From positions 1,120,001 to 1,184,000 of the forward strand of contig OZ241869.1 of assembly GCA_965202805.1 (NCBI GenBank): a DNA stretch of 64,000 nucleotides. The letters are read 5' to 3'. This document shows positions 61,087-64,000 of this stretch, piece after piece. The DNA is from Longimicrobiales bacterium. GTDB taxonomy: Bacteria; Gemmatimonadota; Gemmatimonadetes; Longimicrobiales; Gaopeijiaceae. The number at the start of each line of letters is the position of its first letter. Positions within the stretch are counted from its first letter, which is position 1. The position numbers and the translations under genes were made by a program. The notes under the pieces are model-generated. The model searched no databases. It saw nothing but the letters and a program-made list of their open reading frames with translations, and was not told the DNA's origin.

Positions 61087-61114
61087 AATATACCCTTCCC
61101 GGCCGGAGCTTCAA
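61087..61114 (-). promoter_or_regulatory. Putative sigma70 promoter of the rpsF operon
   Basis: TTGAAG-16 nt-TATATT on the minus strand. Confidence 0.55.
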
Positions 61115-61154
61115 CCCGGAGGCCGTCGCGTGGGCAAGGTTCCGGCCCGGAGGG

Positions 61155-62360
61155 TCAGCTCCTCGCCGCCGCCTCCTGCACCGCGAGGATCAGCGACTTG
61201 TGGCGGCTGAACGCCCAGCGGGCCTCCTCGACATCGAGACGTTCACGGTTGGTGTGCGCGTAGCGTTCCTCCCCGGGGGCGAAGCCGATGGTCGGAATGC
61301 CGAACACGCCGCAGGTCCAGCCTCCGTCGGTTGCGAAGGTCCAGGGACGGCAGTGTGCGGCCATGCCAGGGTCGCCGCGGCGTCCCACCGCGCTCGCCGC
61401 CGCCGTCACCACCGCGTGGTCGGGTTCCATCAGGAAGCCCGGCGTGAGCAGGTTGCGGTCGGCAGAGCGGCCCGTGTAGGAGGTCTGGCGCTCCGAGGCA
61501 AGGCGGCACTCGATCGAGTAGCCGGCCGGAACGTCCGGGAGCACCTCGGCGATGGCGTTCTCGACGCGCCCGATGAGGCTCGCCTCGGTGTCGGTGGGCA
61601 GGATGCGCCAGTCGAGCACGACGATGACCTCGTCGGGGATCACGTTCGGGCTCTCGGGGCGCACCCGGACATCGGTAGGCGCGAGGCTCGCGGGCCCCAG
61701 AACGGGATCGGACTCCTGCCGCCGCGCGAGGCCGCCGATCCCGGTCAGCACGCCGGGCAGAAGGTCGAGCGCGTTGCGGGCGCGGTCAGGGGCGCTGGCA
61801 TGGCTGGCGAGGCCGCGGATCACGACCTCGAGCTGCGCGCGACCGCGGTGACCCAGAGCGATATCGCCGTACGTCGACTCGCCGATGATCACCGCCGCGG
61901 GGTTCACCAGCCCCGACCGCACCAGGTGCTCCATGCCCCAGCCACCCCGCTCCTCGTACACCACCTGCCCCACGATCACGTCGCCCGGAGCGCGGTCGGC
62001 GAGGGCGGCGGCGGCGTAGACCTGGAGCGCCATGGGGCCCTTGATGTCCATCGCCCCGCGGCCGTGCAGGTGCCCGTCCACGACATCGCCGCAGAAGGGC
62101 GGGTGCTCCCACTCCTCGTGCGCCCCCTCGGCCACCACGTCCAGGTGGCAGGAGAGCATCACCGGGGGCGCATCTCCCCTTCCCTTGACGACGCCGGCGA
62201 CGCTGCCCAGCCCGTCGACCTCCACCCGGTCGAAGCCCAGCACGCGCATCTCCTCCCGGAGGCGGGCGGCGACTTCGCCCTCCTCCCCGCTCATGGAGGG
62301 AATGCGGATCAGATCTCCGGCGAAGGCCAGGGCGTTCTCGAAGGTCGGCTCGCGGTTCAT
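61155..62360 (-). CDS. M20 family metallo-hydrolase (DapE/ArgE/YgeY-like)
   Basis: [46 protein letters not shown]. Confidence 0.9.
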   Translation of the reverse strand: MNREPTFENALAFAGDLIRIPSMSGEEGEVAARLREEMRVLGFDRVEVDGLGSVAGVVKGRGDAPPVMLSCHLDVVAEGAHEEWEHPPFCGDVVDGHLHGRGAMDIKGPMALQVYAAAALADRAPGDVIVGQVVYEERGGWGMEHLVRSGLVNPAAVIIGESTYGDIALGHRGRAQLEVVIRGLASHASAPDRARNALDLLPGVLTGIGGLARRQESDPVLGPASLAPTDVRVRPESPNVIPDEVIVVLDWRILPTDTEASLIGRVENAIAEVLPDVPAGYSIECRLASERQTSYTGRSADRNLLTPGFLMEPDHAVVTAAASAVGRRGDPGMAAHCRPWTFATDGGWTCGVFGIPTIGFAPGEERYAHTNRERLDVEEARWAFSRHKSLILAVQEAAARS

Positions 62361-62390
62361 GGGCTCAGGCTCCGGGGGCAGGCACGGGGG

Positions 62391-64000
62391 TTATCCGAGA
62401 AGGGCTTCCACGAAGTCCCGCATCCAGGACATGTCGACTCCGCCCTCTCCGTGCACGCGCACGAACCAGGGGGCCAGGACGAGGGCCACAACGCTCATCA
62501 GCTTGATCAGGATGTTGAGCGAGGGACCCGAGGTATCCTTGAAGGGATCCCCGACGGTGTCCCCCACGACTGCGGCCTTGTGGGGCTCGGAGCCCTTGCC
62601 ACCCATGGCCCCGCCCTCGATGTACTTCTTCGCGTTGTCCCAGGCGCCGCCCGCGTTGGCCATGAAGAGCGCCATGAGCACGCCGGTCACCGTCGCGCCG
62701 GCGAGCAGTCCGCCCAGCGCCTCCACACCGAGAAAGCGGCCGACCACGACCGGAGAGAGCACGGCGATGACCCCCGGGAGGATCATCTCGCGCAGCGCCG
62801 CGCGGGTGGAGATGTCCACGCAGCGCGCCGAGTCGGGTTTGCTGCGGCCCTCCATGATGCCGGGGATCTCGCGGAACTGGCGGCGCACCTCGGCGACCAT
62901 CCCGGCCGCCGCGCGCCCCACCGCGGTCATCGTGAGCGCCGCCACCAGGAAGGGCAGCGCCGCGCCCAGGAAGAGTCCGATCACGACCAGCGGGTCGACG
63001 ATGCTGATCCCGGTCTGCTGGAGGCCGACCTTGGTGGTGTAGGCGGAGAAAAGGGCGAGGGCGGTGAGCGCCGCCGACCCGATGGCGAAGCCCTTGCCGA
63101 TCGCCGCGGTGGTGTTGCCGATCGCGTCCAGCGAGTCGGTGATCCTGCGGGTTTCCTCTCCGAGGCCGCTCATCTCGGAGATGCCGCCGGCGTTGTCCGC
63201 GACGGGCCCGTAGGCGTCCACGGACATGGTCACGCCCACGGTGGCCAGCATGCCGACGGCGGCGATGCCGATGCCGTACAGCCCCGCCGCCAGGAACGAG
63301 ACGAAGATCGCCAGGCAGATGAGCAGCACCGGGATCACCGTGGACTCCATGCCCACCGCCAGCCCGGTGATCATGTTGGTGGCGGAGCCGGTGTCGCTCG
63401 CGCTGGCGATCCGCTGCACCGGCTTGCCGGCCGTGTAGTATTCGGTGGCGAGTCCGATGAAGATCCCCACCAGGGTGCCCGCGAGGATCGCCCAGAACGG
63501 CCCCATCGGGGAGTACGCGGTGTCGCCGTCGGCCAGCTGCAGGTCGAGCGATCCGACGATCAGGTACATCGTCACCAGGAAGAGGCCCGCGGCGACGAAG
63601 GTGACGTTGCGCAGGGCGCCGGCCGGGCTGCTGCGCTCCAGGACCTTCATGGCCGCGATCCCGAGCAGCGAGGCGACCAGCCCCGCCATCACCGTCAGCA
63701 GGGGCAGCGCGACCGTCTCCGCGACGCTGGCCGCGGTGAGCTGGGAGGTCGCCGCGATGGCGATGGTGGCGATGATCGACCCGACGTAGGACTCGAAGAT
63801 GTCGGCGCCCATGCCGGCCACGTCCCCCACGTTGTCCCCCACGTTGTCGGCGATGGTGGCGGGGTTGCGCGGATCGTCCTCCGGGATGCCCGCCTCGACC
63901 TTGCCCACCAGGTCCGCCCCCACGTCCGCCGCCTTGGTGAAGATCCCGCCGCCCACGCGCGCGAACAGGGCGATGGAGCTGGCCCCCATCGCGAAGCCGG
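62391..64000 (-). CDS. hppA: Membrane-bound K+-dependent, probably Na+-translocating, pyrophosphatase; 5' end outside window
   Basis: [72 protein letters not shown]. Confidence 0.96.
   Translation of the reverse strand, partial: GFAMGASSIALFARVGGGIFTKAADVGADLVGKVEAGIPEDDPRNPATIADNVGDNVGDVAGMGADIFESYVGSIIATIAIAATSQLTAASVAETVALPLLTVMAGLVASLLGIAAMKVLERSSPAGALRNVTFVAAGLFLVTMYLIVGSLDLQLADGDTAYSPMGPFWAILAGTLVGIFIGLATEYYTAGKPVQRIASASDTGSATNMITGLAVGMESTVIPVLLICLAIFVSFLAAGLYGIGIAAVGMLATVGVTMSVDAYGPVADNAGGISEMSGLGEETRRITDSLDAIGNTTAAIGKGFAIGSAALTALALFSAYTTKVGLQQTGISIVDPLVVIGLFLGAALPFLVAALTMTAVGRAAAGMVAEVRRQFREIPGIMEGRSKPDSARCVDISTRAALREMILPGVIAVLSPVVVGRFLGVEALGGLLAGATVTGVLMALFMANAGGAWDNAKKYIEGGAMGGKGSEPHKAAVVGDTVGDPFKDTSGPSLNILIKLMSVVALVLAPWFVRVHGEGGVDMSWMRDFVEALLG

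Overview
Very GC-rich (visually ~70%), gene-dense bacterial chromosome segment. Gene content and order (rpsF/rpsR-DUF2232-rplI-rsfS-smc-aroF, alpha2-type glyQS, many secreted carboxypeptidase-regulatory-like and lipoprotein enzymes, a Na+-type membrane PPase) suggest a marine Gemmatimonadota/Longimicrobiales-like organism; this is inference, not a search result. About 52 CDS are supported, mostly housekeeping or envelope genes. No tRNA, rRNA, CRISPR array or transposase was seen. Highlights: (1) a four-gene nurA-herA-sbcD(mre11)-sbcC(rad50) cassette (45523-52833), the same four components as the archaeal DSB-resection operon. It is translationally coupled to aroF and bordered by a truncated PIN/VapC remnant and an AAA_14/DUF4143 ATPase, so it resembles an accessory repair or defence island. 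(2) One ORF fusing ribosomal proteins bS6 and bS18 (60342-60992), preceded by a leader with S6:S18 autoregulatory RNA architecture. (3) A YncD/PqqU-like TonB receptor plus a PQQ dehydrogenase. (4) A repeat-hairpin leader upstream of an HNH nuclease. (5) A tiny MetS-like membrane peptide separated from its probable NSS transporter partner. All product calls come from motif recognition by eye; start codons were adjusted manually.
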